A stretch of 64,000 nucleotides of DNA, taken from an uncultured Thermoplasmata archaeon. Its GTDB lineage: Archaea > Thermoplasmatota > Thermoplasmata > RBG-16-68-12. Below the pieces are notes generated by a model. The model made no database searches. It was given only the letters and a program-made list of their open reading frames with translations, and had not been told where the DNA came from. Position 1 is the first letter of the stretch, and every line of letters begins with the position of its first letter. The stretch lies in NCBI GenBank assembly GCA_963768855.1, contig CAVYJM010000015.1, forward strand, positions 1-64,000, given 5' to 3'. Positions 1-10,094 of this stretch are shown here, one piece after another. Made by a program: the position numbers and the translations under genes.

Positions 1-229
1 GGGCCACGGGGGCTCCAGGGAGATACGACTGGCGCTTCGAATGTCAAAGGTGATTGCCGGATTTGCAAATGGCTCCCATCGAGACGGATGGGAGCACGGC
101 CTTCCCGAACCGGACGATTTGAGGCCGACCGAACCTCAAATCCTTGAAACGGCGCCGTCCACGCTCGTCCGGATCCTCGGTCGGCAAGCAGGTCCCGCGG
201 TCCCTGTCCCGTCGGGTCCGCGGGCCGGG

Positions 230-1777
230 TCAGCGGGCCGCAGTAGTAGTAGAGGACGAAGGGGGCGGTGATGAACGACAGGAACCAGAGGGCGTTGTAC
301 CACAGCCCCACGGGGTTGCGCACATCGTGAGGCCGAGGGCCATGACGGCGACGAGCGCGACGGTCCCGCGGCCGACGTGGAGGATCTCCCGCATCGTCAT
401 CGGCGGCTCGTCCTTGGGCGTCACGGGGAACTTCCTCCGCGGGTCGACGAGGTACATGAGCATCGCCCGGATCTCGTGGGGCAGCATGATCGCCCCGATC
501 GCCTTGCTCAGGGTCCGGGCCCGGTAGTACCGCCAGAAGCCCAGCTGCACCTGGACGAGCTTCGCGACCGTGAAGACGGACGTGATGAGGGACATGACGA
601 TGATGAAACGGAAGAGGTTGATCGACCAGATGTACGCGATCGGCTCGACGAGGAGGTTCTGGCCGAACGCGAAGAACGCCCCGGGCGTCGAGACGCGGCC
701 GAATACGGCCGCGACCATCGCGAACATGATCGTGATATAGGCCACGTGATTCATCGGGGTCGTGTAGAGGAAGACCTTCTTCCACCACGGCAGCCGGGCC
801 GGGGGCACGAACGACCAGAACTCCATCGACCCGCGCGTCCACTTGGTCTGCCGCTTCACGAACCCGCGGACGTTCTCGGGCATGGCCTCCCAGGTGTGGA
901 GGGGCACGAACACGGAGCCGTGGCCCGCCGACGCGAGCTTCACGGCCGTCGCGAAGTCCTCGGACACATAGTCCTCGACGAACCCGCCGATCTCCAGGAC
1001 CGGCTTCGTCCGCAGCATGACGTTGTGCCCGTAGCAGAACACCGCGCCCACGTAGCCGCTGACCCGACGCTCCCACTCGTCCTGGCCGAGGAGGGTCGTC
1101 GCAGCGAGCGCGCGGGGGAACGGGCGGTCCGTGTTCCAGATGTTGATGAGACCCTGGAAGATCGCGAGGTCCCGGTTCTCCGGATGCTCCGCGTACTTCA
1201 GGGCCTCCGCGACCCAGTCGGGCGGGAGGATCGAGTCCGCGTCCAAGAGGACGAAGTAGTCGTACTGCGCGCCGAACTGCCGGAGCCAGCCGTTGATTGC
1301 GCCCGCCTTGAACCCCTTGCGCTCGGGGCGGCGGAGGATCCGGAACCCATGCTTGCGCGCCAGGTCGTCGACGGTGGCTCGCCTGTACGGGTCCGAGGAG
1401 TCGTCCAGCATGTAGACGTCCACCGGGTACGTCTGGTGGATCGCCTCCACGCAGTCCGGGACAACGTCGTTCATGGTCGTGTAGAGGAGGGCGACGCGCG
1501 GCTGCCTCGCGAGGGAGTCGAGCTTGGGGAGCGGGTACGGCTTCACGAAGAGGGAGACGACGCGCTTCGAGAACACGATTGCGAAGCTGAAGAGGAAGAA
1601 CACCATCAGCCCGAACTGGAGGACGCTGATCCAGGAGCGGAAGTTCACCGTCGTGCCGGCGAAGATGGCAACGGCGCCGATCCAGATGGCGAAGACCAGG
1701 ACGAAGAAGCGGTTGGCAAAGCGGCGCTGCGCGACAGAACGGCCTTCCATCGTCAACCGCGGGGTCTCCTTGTACAC
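230..1777 (-). CDS. Processive GT2 glycosyltransferase (cellulose synthase-like / OpgH-like), multi-TM; C-terminus apparently frameshifted near 321-326
   Basis: Motifs LDDS, KAGAIN, LDADS (DxD), VSEDF and RQTKW (QxxRW variant). N- and C-terminal TM helices. GGAGG upstream of GTG 1777. Confidence 0.85.
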   Translation of the reverse strand: MYKETPRLTMEGRSVAQRRFANRFFVLVFAIWIGAVAIFAGTTVNFRSWISVLQFGLMVFFLFSFAIVFSKRVVSLFVKPYPLPKLDSLARQPRVALLYTTMNDVVPDCVEAIHQTYPVDVYMLDDSSDPYRRATVDDLARKHGFRILRRPERKGFKAGAINGWLRQFGAQYDYFVLLDADSILPPDWVAEALKYAEHPENRDLAIFQGLINIWNTDRPFPRALAATTLLGQDEWERRVSGYVGAVFCYGHNVMLRTKPVLEIGGFVEDYVSEDFATAVKLASAGHGSVFVPLHTWEAMPENVRGFVKRQTKWTRGSMEFWSFVPPARLPWWKKVFLYTTPMNHVAYITIMFAMVAAVFGRVSTPGAFFAFGQNLLVEPIAYIWSINLFRFIIVMSLITSVFTVAKLVQVQLGFWRYYRARTLSKAIGAIMLPHEIRAMLMYLVDPRRKFPVTPKDEPPMTMREILHVGRGTVALVAVMALGLTMCATPWGCGTTPSGSCRSSPPPSSSTTTAAR

Positions 1778-1797
1778 CGACTTGCACCTCCGTGCTT

Positions 1798-1864
1798 CTT
1801 AAGGGACATTGTACACTTCGCGAAGTGATAGTCACACAATCGGCGGAATACTATTAAGATAGTA
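1798..1864 (-). promoter_or_regulatory. Promoter of the GT2 synthase: CTTAAG TATA-like box plus two operator-like inverted repeats
   Basis: CTTAAG at 1798-1803. Perfect 14-bp palindrome CACTTCGCGAAGTG at 1814-1827. TACTAT-taag-ATAGTA at 1849-1864. Confidence 0.5.
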
Positions 1865-1921
1865 ATCCCGATTCACGCCCGAATCTCGAGTCGGAGGGCC
1901 CACATCCGCCCGGGCGGTCGC

Positions 1922-3352
1922 TCAGACGATCCGCTTGCGGAACACGAGGACGGCGAGGACGAGCAGGACGCCAATCCAGACGGCCATGGCGACCGGCCCG
2001 ACCCAGTCCGGCAGGCTCCCGCCTCCCGTCGTGCCGAAGAGGCCCAGCGCGGACGCGGGCACGAACGTGGTGACCAGGAGCTGGTACACCCCGTTGGGGT
2101 TGAACAGGGTCGTGATCGTGCTGAGCGTAAAGGCGGCCGGCGTCCCGCCCTCGATCCGGAAGGCCGACTCCACCGCCAGGAACACGAGGTTCCACAAGAT
2201 GTTGAACACGATCCAGACGACGAGGGCCGAGAGGATCGCCGTCCCCGCGGACTTCGCGAGGGTCGAGAAGATCTGCATGACCAGCACGTAGACCGCGATC
2301 AGGCCCAGGGTCCCGACGACGAAGGCGGCGACGAAGACCGCATCGGGCCACTTCCCCGAAACCCCTGCGACGCCGACCACGGCTCCGAGCAGGACGCCGA
2401 GCATCGGCAGGCCGACGGAGAGGAACGACCCGATGAACTTCCCGATCGCGATTCCCGCGCGGGAGGCGGGGCGCGCGAGGAGGAGCTCAAGGCTGCCCTG
2501 CATCCGCTCCTTTGCGACCGCGTCGTAGGACATGGCGATCGCGATGATGGGCGCGAACAGGCCCATCAGCGCGACCCCGAGAAAGAGGAGGAGCGCGTCG
2601 GGTCCCTGGAGGAACGGAAGGATCGCGAGAGGGGACGGGTGGACCGCCACCGACTGTCCCCAGCTCTCGCCACGGGCGGTAACCGTCAACCCCCAGTTGC
2701 CGTCGCCGAATCGTTTGTACAGGAAGCCGTTGCGATCCGTGACGCCCAGGCCAGTCCCGTTCGCCGCGACCTGGGCATCCCGGGCGGGCGTCCCGTCCGC
2801 CCACATCGCGTGGAGGCTCACATCCCGCCCCGCACCGTCGCCGATGAGGTCGAACTGCTGGACCGTCACGGTCAGGTTCTCGGCGGGCCGTTGAGGCGGG
2901 ATGCCGACAGCTCCGGGGATGTTCAGCACGCCCACGGTGATCCGGAGGGGCCAGGTACCCGCAGTCAGGTTGGCGAACGTGCCCCATCCCGTCGCGTTCG
3001 TCGTGAGTCGCGCGCGTTCCACGAAGCTCGTGTTCTGAGCAGCGGGCGAGTACGGCTCTCCCAGGAGGACGACCTGTCCCGCGCGCGGGGCGCCGAGATA
3101 ATCGCTCACCCACACGACGACGCCTCCTGTCGAGTTGTTCGCCGGCCAGTAGGCAGATGCCCAGAGGACGTACTGCGAGGTGACGGACGGACCCCCTGAC
3201 GTGAGCCCACCGATCCCGAACGCCGCTCCGAGGATCGCCAGCAGGGTGAGCCCTGAGATGATCCATACCTTGAGGCCGCGCGCGTTCGAGCGCAGGTCGC
3301 GCCCCGCGACGATGAGCGATCCGCGGAACACATCCCGCGGGTCGAAGCTCAC
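1922..3352 (-). CDS. ABC-2 type transporter permease with an inserted extracellular beta-rich domain
   Basis: One N-terminal TM, a ~190 aa extracellular region, then YDAVAKERMQGSLELLLARPASRAGIAIGKF (ABC2 membrane signature) and several TMs. GTGA overlap with the ATPase. Confidence 0.85.
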   Translation of the reverse strand: MSFDPRDVFRGSLIVAGRDLRSNARGLKVWIISGLTLLAILGAAFGIGGLTSGGPSVTSQYVLWASAYWPANNSTGGVVVWVSDYLGAPRAGQVVLLGEPYSPAAQNTSFVERARLTTNATGWGTFANLTAGTWPLRITVGVLNIPGAVGIPPQRPAENLTVTVQQFDLIGDGAGRDVSLHAMWADGTPARDAQVAANGTGLGVTDRNGFLYKRFGDGNWGLTVTARGESWGQSVAVHPSPLAILPFLQGPDALLLFLGVALMGLFAPIIAIAMSYDAVAKERMQGSLELLLARPASRAGIAIGKFIGSFLSVGLPMLGVLLGAVVGVAGVSGKWPDAVFVAAFVVGTLGLIAVYVLVMQIFSTLAKSAGTAILSALVVWIVFNILWNLVFLAVESAFRIEGGTPAAFTLSTITTLFNPNGVYQLLVTTFVPASALGLFGTTGGGSLPDWVGPVAMAVWIGVLLVLAVLVFRKRIV

Positions 3353-4287
3353 GTCGGCCCGCCTCCCGTGAGCGAGAGGAAGGCGTCCTCGAGCGTGACC
3401 TCCGCGAGCTTCACGCCCACCACGGGCACGCCGAGGCCGACGAGGAACGCGTTGACCGCGGCCCGGGCGTCTTTGTCCATCGTGACGATGAGGCCCCAGT
3501 CCGTGCGGACCACATCCTTCACGTGGCTGATGTCGAGGAGGCCGCGCAGGGCCGCGTCCGGGACGCTCGGCGCCTCGATGAGGCAGCGCACGCCTCCGCC
3601 GCCGATGCGGGACAGGAGCGCCTCGGTCGTGTCGACCGCGACGATCTTCCCCTTGTCGATCACGCCGACGTGGGTGCAGGTCTGGGCGACCTCGGAGAGG
3701 ATATGGGAGGCGAGGAGGATCGTCTTCCCTTCGCGGTTCAGGTCCTTCATCAGCTTGCGGAAGAAGATGATCCCGTACGGGTCGAGCCCGCCCGCGGGTT
3801 CGTCCAGGATCAAAACGCGCGGGTCATGGAGGAGCGCCTGCGCCAGGCCGAGGCGCTTGAGCATCCCATGGCTGTAGGCCTTCACCTTCTTCGTGCGCTC
3901 CTGGCCCAGGCCGACGAGGTCGAGGAGCTCCTTGCCCCGCTTGGCCCGTTCCGCCTTCGGCATGTGGTAGAAACGGCCCCAGTAGTCGAGGTGCTCCTCC
4001 GCGGTCATCGTGGGATAGTAGCCGGGGTATTCGGGCATGTAGCCGATCGCGCCCTTGACCGCGAGCGGATCTGTGCGCACGTCGTGGCCCTCGACGATCG
4101 CGGTGCCCTCCGTCGGCTCGAGGATCGTGGCCAGAATCCGGATCGTCGTCGTCTTCCCCGCGCCGTTCGGCCCGAGGAATCCGAAGATGCTCCTGTCCGG
4201 GACCGTGAAGGTCGCGCCGTCCAGGGCCTTGGCGCCCTGCCCGCGCGCGCGGGTGTAGACCTTCGTGAGCCCTCGGACCTCGATCAT
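3349..4287 (-). CDS. ABC transporter ATP-binding protein (multidrug/ABC-2 family)
   Basis: Walker A GPNGAGKTT, signature YSHGM, Walker B LILDEP, H-loop ASH. Start taken at ATG 4287 (TTG 4302 is also possible). Confidence 0.95.
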   Translation of the reverse strand: MIEVRGLTKVYTRARGQGAKALDGATFTVPDRSIFGFLGPNGAGKTTTIRILATILEPTEGTAIVEGHDVRTDPLAVKGAIGYMPEYPGYYPTMTAEEHLDYWGRFYHMPKAERAKRGKELLDLVGLGQERTKKVKAYSHGMLKRLGLAQALLHDPRVLILDEPAGGLDPYGIIFFRKLMKDLNREGKTILLASHILSEVAQTCTHVGVIDKGKIVAVDTTEALLSRIGGGGVRCLIEAPSVPDAALRGLLDISHVKDVVRTDWGLIVTMDKDARAAVNAFLVGLGVPVVGVKLAEVTLEDAFLSLTGGGPT

Positions 4288-4708
4288 GGGCGCGGCCTCC
4301 AACGAGGAGACCCGCCATAAAGCTCGCGGCGGAATTCTCCCGAGCCGCCGCCGATCATGCCTCCGCTCTCGGTCGATTCTCGGATGGACGCGGGAGCCGG
4401 CCCATCGCGGCTGTTGGCTCCCTCATCGCTCGCGGCGGGACGCGGTCCGCGTGATTCGGGAAAGGCTTCTTGTATGGATGGCCGCCAGATTCGTCCTACC
4501 GTCCATTCCGGACGCACACCACCGATGATTGGCATGCTCGCATTCGAACGTACTATGCGCCCACGATTGTACCAAAACATTCAAATCAGGCTACGATTTC
4601 TGCATCTGGCGTCGTGCGCGAGGGAGAGCTTGTGCGACAGACCTAGCGTGGCCTTCACGGCCTCTCGTCCGCTCCGCGACGCGTACCTCATCAACGTCGA
4701 GGGATAGA

Positions 4709-5821
4709 ATGGCAAACGGGAAGCGACCGCGGCGAGTCCTCGTGAATGGCGCGGGGGGGTTCATCGGCCACCACCTCGTCCGGTTCCTGAAGGCTCGCGG
4801 CTACTGGGTCCGGGGCGTGGACCTCAAGTACCCTGAGTTCGAGACGAGTCCCGCAGATGAGTTTGTGATTGCGGACCTCCGCGAGTACGAGAACTGCGTC
4901 CGCGTCGTCGACCGCATCCAGGATGTATATCAGCTCGCCGCCGACATGGGCGGAATCGGGTACATCACCGCGAACCATGCGGATCTGACACGGAACAACG
5001 TTCTCATCAACGCGCATATGCTCGAAGCCGCTCGCCTTGAGGATGTGGAGCGGTACCTGTACACGTCCTCGGCTTGCGTGTACCCGAGCTTCCTCCAGGA
5101 CGAGGACGATGCCCGGGATCTCCGCGAGACGGACGCGATCCCGGCCGACCCCGAGAAGGGGTATGGTTGGGAGAAGCTGTTCTCTGAGGAGCTGGCGCTG
5201 TACTACCACGAGGACCACAACCTCGATGTGCGAATCGTTCGGTTCCACAACATCTATGGGCCCCTCGGCACGTATGAAGGCGGCCGCGAAAAGTCCCCCG
5301 CGGCTATCTGTCGCAAGGTCGCAGAGGCGCGGGACGAATCGACGATCGAGATCTGGGGAGACGGGCGGCAGACGCGGACATACTGCTACGTCGCGGACTG
5401 CGTCGAGGGCCTCGTCCGCCTCATGGCCTCCGACTACACGAAACCCGTGAATCTGGGCACCAACGAGGTCATCTCGCTGGACGGGATGGTCGACCTGGTC
5501 TGCGAACTCGCGGGGAAACAGCTCGAGAAGCGACACGACCCCTCGAGGCCTCAGGGCGTTCGCAGCCGGAGCAGCGAGAACTCCCTCCTGCGGGAGGTCC
5601 TCGGCTGGGAACCTCGAACCGAGCTGCGTTCCGGTCTTGAGACAACCTACGCGTGGATCTGGGGGGAACTGAACGAAGGGGGCCGAGCCCGGCCACCGGT
5701 CCCTGCAAGAGTTTCAACCAAGGCGGAACCCGAGGCTCTCCGGATGACGGCGGGGACGAGGAGCGGCACGCGCACCTCTACGAGGGCTCGAAGCGCCACC
5801 CGGGATGAATCCCCGCTCTGA
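4709..5821 (+). CDS. NAD-dependent epimerase/dehydratase, GDP-mannose 3,5-epimerase-like
   Basis: GAGGFIG, LAADMGGIGYI, SSACVYP, YGWEK (YxxxK) and RFHNIYGP..GGREKSPAAICRK, all typical of GME-like extended SDRs. Confidence 0.9.
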   Translation: MANGKRPRRVLVNGAGGFIGHHLVRFLKARGYWVRGVDLKYPEFETSPADEFVIADLREYENCVRVVDRIQDVYQLAADMGGIGYITANHADLTRNNVLINAHMLEAARLEDVERYLYTSSACVYPSFLQDEDDARDLRETDAIPADPEKGYGWEKLFSEELALYYHEDHNLDVRIVRFHNIYGPLGTYEGGREKSPAAICRKVAEARDESTIEIWGDGRQTRTYCYVADCVEGLVRLMASDYTKPVNLGTNEVISLDGMVDLVCELAGKQLEKRHDPSRPQGVRSRSSENSLLREVLGWEPRTELRSGLETTYAWIWGELNEGGRARPPVPARVSTKAEPEALRMTAGTRSGTRTSTRARSATRDESPL

Positions 5822-6713
5822 ACCCGCCGCGATGAAGTTTCAAGTACCCCGGGACGGTTCAGCGTCGCGGGCTCGCCGGAGCCGAGGAGGCCATGAGCTG
5901 TTGGTCGGCATGCCGCCTTCACCGTCCAGGCCGGCTGCGGCCGATCGGGACGAAGGGGCCGACGTGCCGACGGCAGCAGTGCTTGAGCCCGGGAGCCTAA
6001 CGGTCTTCCTGCCGGTCCACAATGAGGCCGACGTCATCGAGGGGGTGCTCGATGCCTTCTGCGCGAAGGTCGTGTCCCCCACCTCGGCCCGGCTCCTCGT
6101 GTGCGAGGATGGTAGCACGGACGGCACGGGGGCAGTGCTTGATCGACTCGCAGGTAAGTACCCCATGCGGCTCGAGAAGGCCGGCGTCCGTAAGGGCTAT
6201 GCAGGTGCGGTCCGAGACGGGCTGGCGAGCGTGGCGACCGCCTTCATCTTCTTCGCCGACTCTGACGGGCAGTACTACCCGGAAGACTTCTGGAAGCTCA
6301 TCCCTTACGCAGAGGATTACGGCATGGTGATCGGGCGCAAAGTGAACCGTGACGAACCCCTGCATCGCATCGTCCTCTCTCAAGGCTTTCATCTCCTCGT
6401 GAAGATCTTGACCGGTGTAAGGTTACAGGACATCGACTGCGGTTTCCGTCTGATCCGCAAGGAGATCGTGGAGGACGTCCTCGGCGAGGTCCACGACCTG
6501 CCGTACAGCTTCTGGGCCGAGTTCACAATCGTCGCGAGCCTGAAGGGCATTCGTATCGCGGAGGTTCCCGTGTCCCATCACAGCCGCCTCTACGGGAACA
6601 CGACGATCTACCAGCCCCGCCGCCTGCCGGGGATCCTCCTGCTTCAGATGCGGGGCCTCCTCCGGCTCCGGCGGCGCATGAGCTCCCTCGTGGCCCATCC
6701 AGCCCGGACCTGA
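5805..6713 (+). CDS. GT2 glycosyltransferase (DPM1-like, polyprenol-phosphate sugar synthase type); start uncertain (5805/5832/5910/5965)
   Basis: LPVHNEA, EDGSTDGT, GYAGAV, FADSDGQY and DIDCGFRL motifs. Confidence 0.9.
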   Translation: MNPRSEPAAMKFQVPRDGSASRARRSRGGHELLVGMPPSPSRPAAADRDEGADVPTAAVLEPGSLTVFLPVHNEADVIEGVLDAFCAKVVSPTSARLLVCEDGSTDGTGAVLDRLAGKYPMRLEKAGVRKGYAGAVRDGLASVATAFIFFADSDGQYYPEDFWKLIPYAEDYGMVIGRKVNRDEPLHRIVLSQGFHLLVKILTGVRLQDIDCGFRLIRKEIVEDVLGEVHDLPYSFWAEFTIVASLKGIRIAEVPVSHHSRLYGNTTIYQPRRLPGILLLQMRGLLRLRRRMSSLVAHPART

Positions 6714-6794
6714 GAGGACCGTCCCGCCCGGGGACCGCAAAGGCCATGGACCCCGCGTCCTTGTCGCCTACTACGCGAACCCGCGGGTAGAACG

Positions 6795-7925
6795 ATGCGC
6801 GTCCTCGTGTTGGTGTCCCGCGACCCCTTGAACCCCGCCCTGGGAGGCGGCGAGACGGTCATGGCGGAGTTCGCGAGGACCCTCGTGCGCCAGGGGCATG
6901 AGGTCCACCTCCTATGCGCATCGTTCCCCTCTGGCGTAGCGGAGACCGAGGTCGACGGCATCCGCGTGCATCGCCTCGCTCCGGAATCGGTCTTGGGACC
7001 CGCTGCGTACATCGAGTACCTACGTCGGTTCCGGGGTCGCGTGGATGTCGTCTTGGAGGAGTTCCTCGGAGGCGCACGGATCCCGTTCTTCGCCTCCCTG
7101 TACGTGCGGGAGCTGCTCATCTCCCTGTGGTTCCAGGACCACCTTCCCATCTTCCGGCACGAGTTCTCGCCTCTGCTCTACCCGGTCCTCGCGGGCCTCG
7201 ATCGCGTCCTCCTCTGGACCCACCGAGCCTCCTTCCTCCTCACGCCCTCGACGAAGTCGCGCGACGACCTGATCTCGAAGGGCGCGAACCCCGACCGGGT
7301 GCGCGTCTACCTCCCCGGCGTTCCTGAAACGACCCTGGAGAGCGGTCCGCCCCCGCCTGCAAGTGCTCGGGAACCTCGAATCGTGTGCCTTGGGAAGATC
7401 CGCCGGTACAAGAGCCAGCACCACGCCATCCTCGTGCTCAAAGAACTCGCGGGGATCGTCCCCTCAGCGAGCCTGGTCATCGCGGGCCGCGTCGGGGACC
7501 CGGCCTACCTGGAAGAGATGCGAGCCCTCTCGCGGCAGCACGGGCTCGAGGAGAAGGTCTCCTTCGAGCTCAGGGTGACGGAGGAGCGCAAACGGGAACT
7601 GCTCCAGACGAGTCGCGCCTGCCTCGCGCCCGCGCCCATCGAGGGCTTCGGCATCGCGATTGTCGAGGCCAGCGCTTGCGGTCTTCCCGTCGTCGGGACC
7701 AATGGCGTGCCGGAGGACGCGCTGAAGGAAGGCGTGAACGGCTTTCGCGTGGCCTTCGGCGACATCGGCGCGATGGCGGATCGAACGCGGACTCTCCTCA
7801 CGGACGACGCAAAGTTCGATGGACTGGCCGTATCGTCGCACCGGTTCGCGAGCCAGTTCACGTGGGAACGGGCCAGCGAGCCTCTACTTGACCTCCTGCG
7901 GGAGATCGTTCCGGATCGGCGCTGA
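6795..7925 (+). CDS. GT4 glycosyltransferase
   Basis: N-terminal GGGE motif, GKIRRYK, and EGFGIAIVEASACGLPVV (Ex7E). Confidence 0.93.
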   Translation: MRVLVLVSRDPLNPALGGGETVMAEFARTLVRQGHEVHLLCASFPSGVAETEVDGIRVHRLAPESVLGPAAYIEYLRRFRGRVDVVLEEFLGGARIPFFASLYVRELLISLWFQDHLPIFRHEFSPLLYPVLAGLDRVLLWTHRASFLLTPSTKSRDDLISKGANPDRVRVYLPGVPETTLESGPPPPASAREPRIVCLGKIRRYKSQHHAILVLKELAGIVPSASLVIAGRVGDPAYLEEMRALSRQHGLEEKVSFELRVTEERKRELLQTSRACLAPAPIEGFGIAIVEASACGLPVVGTNGVPEDALKEGVNGFRVAFGDIGAMADRTRTLLTDDAKFDGLAVSSHRFASQFTWERASEPLLDLLREIVPDRR

Positions 7926-7931
7926 TTCCCT

Positions 7932-10094
7932 TCAGGGCGGGCAGGCCGCCGTCTGCACGTATGGGAGGGCCGTCTGCTGGAGGACCGTGACCCGGTCGAG
8001 GGAGACCGTCGCGTTCGTTCCCGGCAGGAATCCTGCGAAACTGTAGACGCCGTAGAGGTCCGCGGTGAGCGGAATCGAGAAGGTGGTGTAGGATGTCCCG
8101 TTCGGGAACATGGCTCCTGTGACGTTCTCCACGGTCAGGTTCTCGGCACACGAGAGAAGGCCTGTGGCGAGACGCACGGCGGAACCCCGCGCCGAGACCG
8201 CCTCGGGCAGGACGGATATGAAACCTGGCCGAAGACGCAAGGCGAGTCCGAGGACTGCGCCCGAAACCACGGGATTCAGGCGCACCCGGAAGGTCACCAT
8301 GTACGTGCCCGGCCAGAGGAGCACGGTCGACCCTTCCCAGAAGGCGCCCCGGTAACCCGGCGTGGAGGCGAGGGCGGCCCCGCTCAGTGCAGCAGGATCC
8401 GCGAGGGTGGTCCCGTTCAAGAGGGCGAGGTCACGGGCACCGTACGTGGCGTTGAACGGGAGGAAGAGTCGCGGGGGGCCGCTGTAGTTCCGCTCGAGGA
8501 GCAGCGCGCCGTCTGCGGCCGCGAGGATGCCGAACTCGGAAACGGTCTGGAGAGCCTGAAGGACCACCATGGCCTCGGTGATGCTCGTCGCGCCGTCCAC
8601 GAAGACGAACTCGGACTCGTTGAAGTACGCCTGCAGAGTCTGGTTGAAGGAATTCCCAGGTCCGAAGAACGTGGTGTGAGGGATGACATACGCGTCCACG
8701 CGGTTCGCGAAGAGCGGGAAGAGGTTGTTCTGCGTGAGGATCGACGCGGCCGGTGGCACGAGGGCCACGATTTCCTGAACCAGGGCGGCATGTGCCAGGT
8801 AGGTCGGGAAGCCGCCGGAGGAACTAGCGCCGACCGCAAAGGGGCTGACGGGCGAGGCCACAAGGACGAATGCGACCGCGACCGCCGCGATTGAGATCGG
8901 GCTCGACGGCGACCACCGCCCTGAGGGCGGGGGGGCGATCGACGGTCCGCCTGACTCCGTGGGTTCGGCGCGACGCCGCCCCTTCCGCTCCAATCCGAGG
9001 ACGGCCGCGTAGAAGACCATCGGCGCCACGAAAGCGCCGTACTGTGTGCCGACGACATAGTAGGCGAGCAGGTTACTCGTAAACGCCACGGCGAGCCAAG
9101 GCGCGACCATGAGGAGGGCAAGAGGGCGGCGGAGGGGCCAGAACAGAAGGGGGGCGAACACGAGGACGAGGTACCAAAGCTTCAGCCCGCCATCGTACGC
9201 GAGCGCCGCGAGGAGCCTGCCGGGATTCGCAATCGCGGCTCCGGGCACCCCGAGGAGGGAGTTCGCGCCGAGCACCTGCCAGAAGCCCGTGCCCCCGCTC
9301 AGGAGGGCGTTGCCCGGGTTCACGTAGGCGATTGCCTGGAGCCCGATGTAGACCCAGAGGGCACCGAGCGCCGCCACAAGGACCGCGAGTCGGAATTCCA
9401 GGACACCCAGGGCGAGACGCACGGAACGGCGCGCAAGCAGGATATCCACCGCCCAGAACAGACCGACCGTCGCCACGAGAACCCCGGCCATCTCTAGCGT
9501 CGACAAGGTCAAGCCACCGAGGATCGCAAACCGCAGCCAAGCCCGCTCCTCCCAGGCCAGGATTGCGCCGAGGAGGAACACCATCATGAACGCTTCCAGA
9601 TGGAAGTCGAACCAGTTCACGCCTTGGACCAAGGGGTTCAGGAGGTACGCGACCGCGAGGACGGCGGCGAGACGCTCGTCCTTCAGGCGCAGCCGGGCGA
9701 GGCGGAAGACGATGGGTGCGCCGGCCGCGATCACCAGGGTCTGGGCCACGAGGATCGTGTCCGGAGAAGGGAGGAGCCGGTAGAGGGGCACGAAGAGGAA
9801 GAGGAACGGGCTGAAGTGGCTCCCGAACATGCTGCCCGTCGGGTTGTTCGGCAGATCGGCCGTGAAGTAGAAGAAGCGACCCTGGAAGGCCGTCGTGTAC
9901 AGGGCTTGGCTAAACGTCCCCAGGTCCCATGCAAACGTCCGCAGGGCGTTGATCTTGGCCACGGTTAGCCCGGACATGAGGATGGCGTAGACCGCGGTCG
10001 CCAGGAGGACGAGACGCTCACGATCCGAGAGGCCCGCTTGCCACGAACGCAGGTTTGAGTACGGGTGCCGAAGCGTCTCGAGAACGGATGCCAT
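7932..10094 (-). CDS. DUF2079-like polytopic membrane protein (GT-C-like) with extracellular C-terminal domain
   Basis: WDLGTFSQ..FGSHFSPFLFLFVPLY..Q..NWFDFHLEAF pattern and many TMs. Start taken at ATG 10094. Confidence 0.75.
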   Translation of the reverse strand: MASVLETLRHPYSNLRSWQAGLSDRERLVLLATAVYAILMSGLTVAKINALRTFAWDLGTFSQALYTTAFQGRFFYFTADLPNNPTGSMFGSHFSPFLFLFVPLYRLLPSPDTILVAQTLVIAAGAPIVFRLARLRLKDERLAAVLAVAYLLNPLVQGVNWFDFHLEAFMMVFLLGAILAWEERAWLRFAILGGLTLSTLEMAGVLVATVGLFWAVDILLARRSVRLALGVLEFRLAVLVAALGALWVYIGLQAIAYVNPGNALLSGGTGFWQVLGANSLLGVPGAAIANPGRLLAALAYDGGLKLWYLVLVFAPLLFWPLRRPLALLMVAPWLAVAFTSNLLAYYVVGTQYGAFVAPMVFYAAVLGLERKGRRRAEPTESGGPSIAPPPSGRWSPSSPISIAAVAVAFVLVASPVSPFAVGASSSGGFPTYLAHAALVQEIVALVPPAASILTQNNLFPLFANRVDAYVIPHTTFFGPGNSFNQTLQAYFNESEFVFVDGATSITEAMVVLQALQTVSEFGILAAADGALLLERNYSGPPRLFLPFNATYGARDLALLNGTTLADPAALSGAALASTPGYRGAFWEGSTVLLWPGTYMVTFRVRLNPVVSGAVLGLALRLRPGFISVLPEAVSARGSAVRLATGLLSCAENLTVENVTGAMFPNGTSYTTFSIPLTADLYGVYSFAGFLPGTNATVSLDRVTVLQQTALPYVQTAACPP

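Noticed and set aside
72-95. 9-bp hairpin GCTCCCATC/GATGGGAGC as terminator of the GT2 gene
   Set aside because: There is no U-tract, and it lies inside the frame that likely continues the gene, so the function cannot be supported.
5886-6000. GGAGG plus ATG 5893 opening a 35-codon out-of-frame ORF ahead of the GT2 domain
   Set aside because: The peptide has no recognisable features, and in-frame starts exist for the GT2, so neither a frameshift nor a regulatory uORF is needed.
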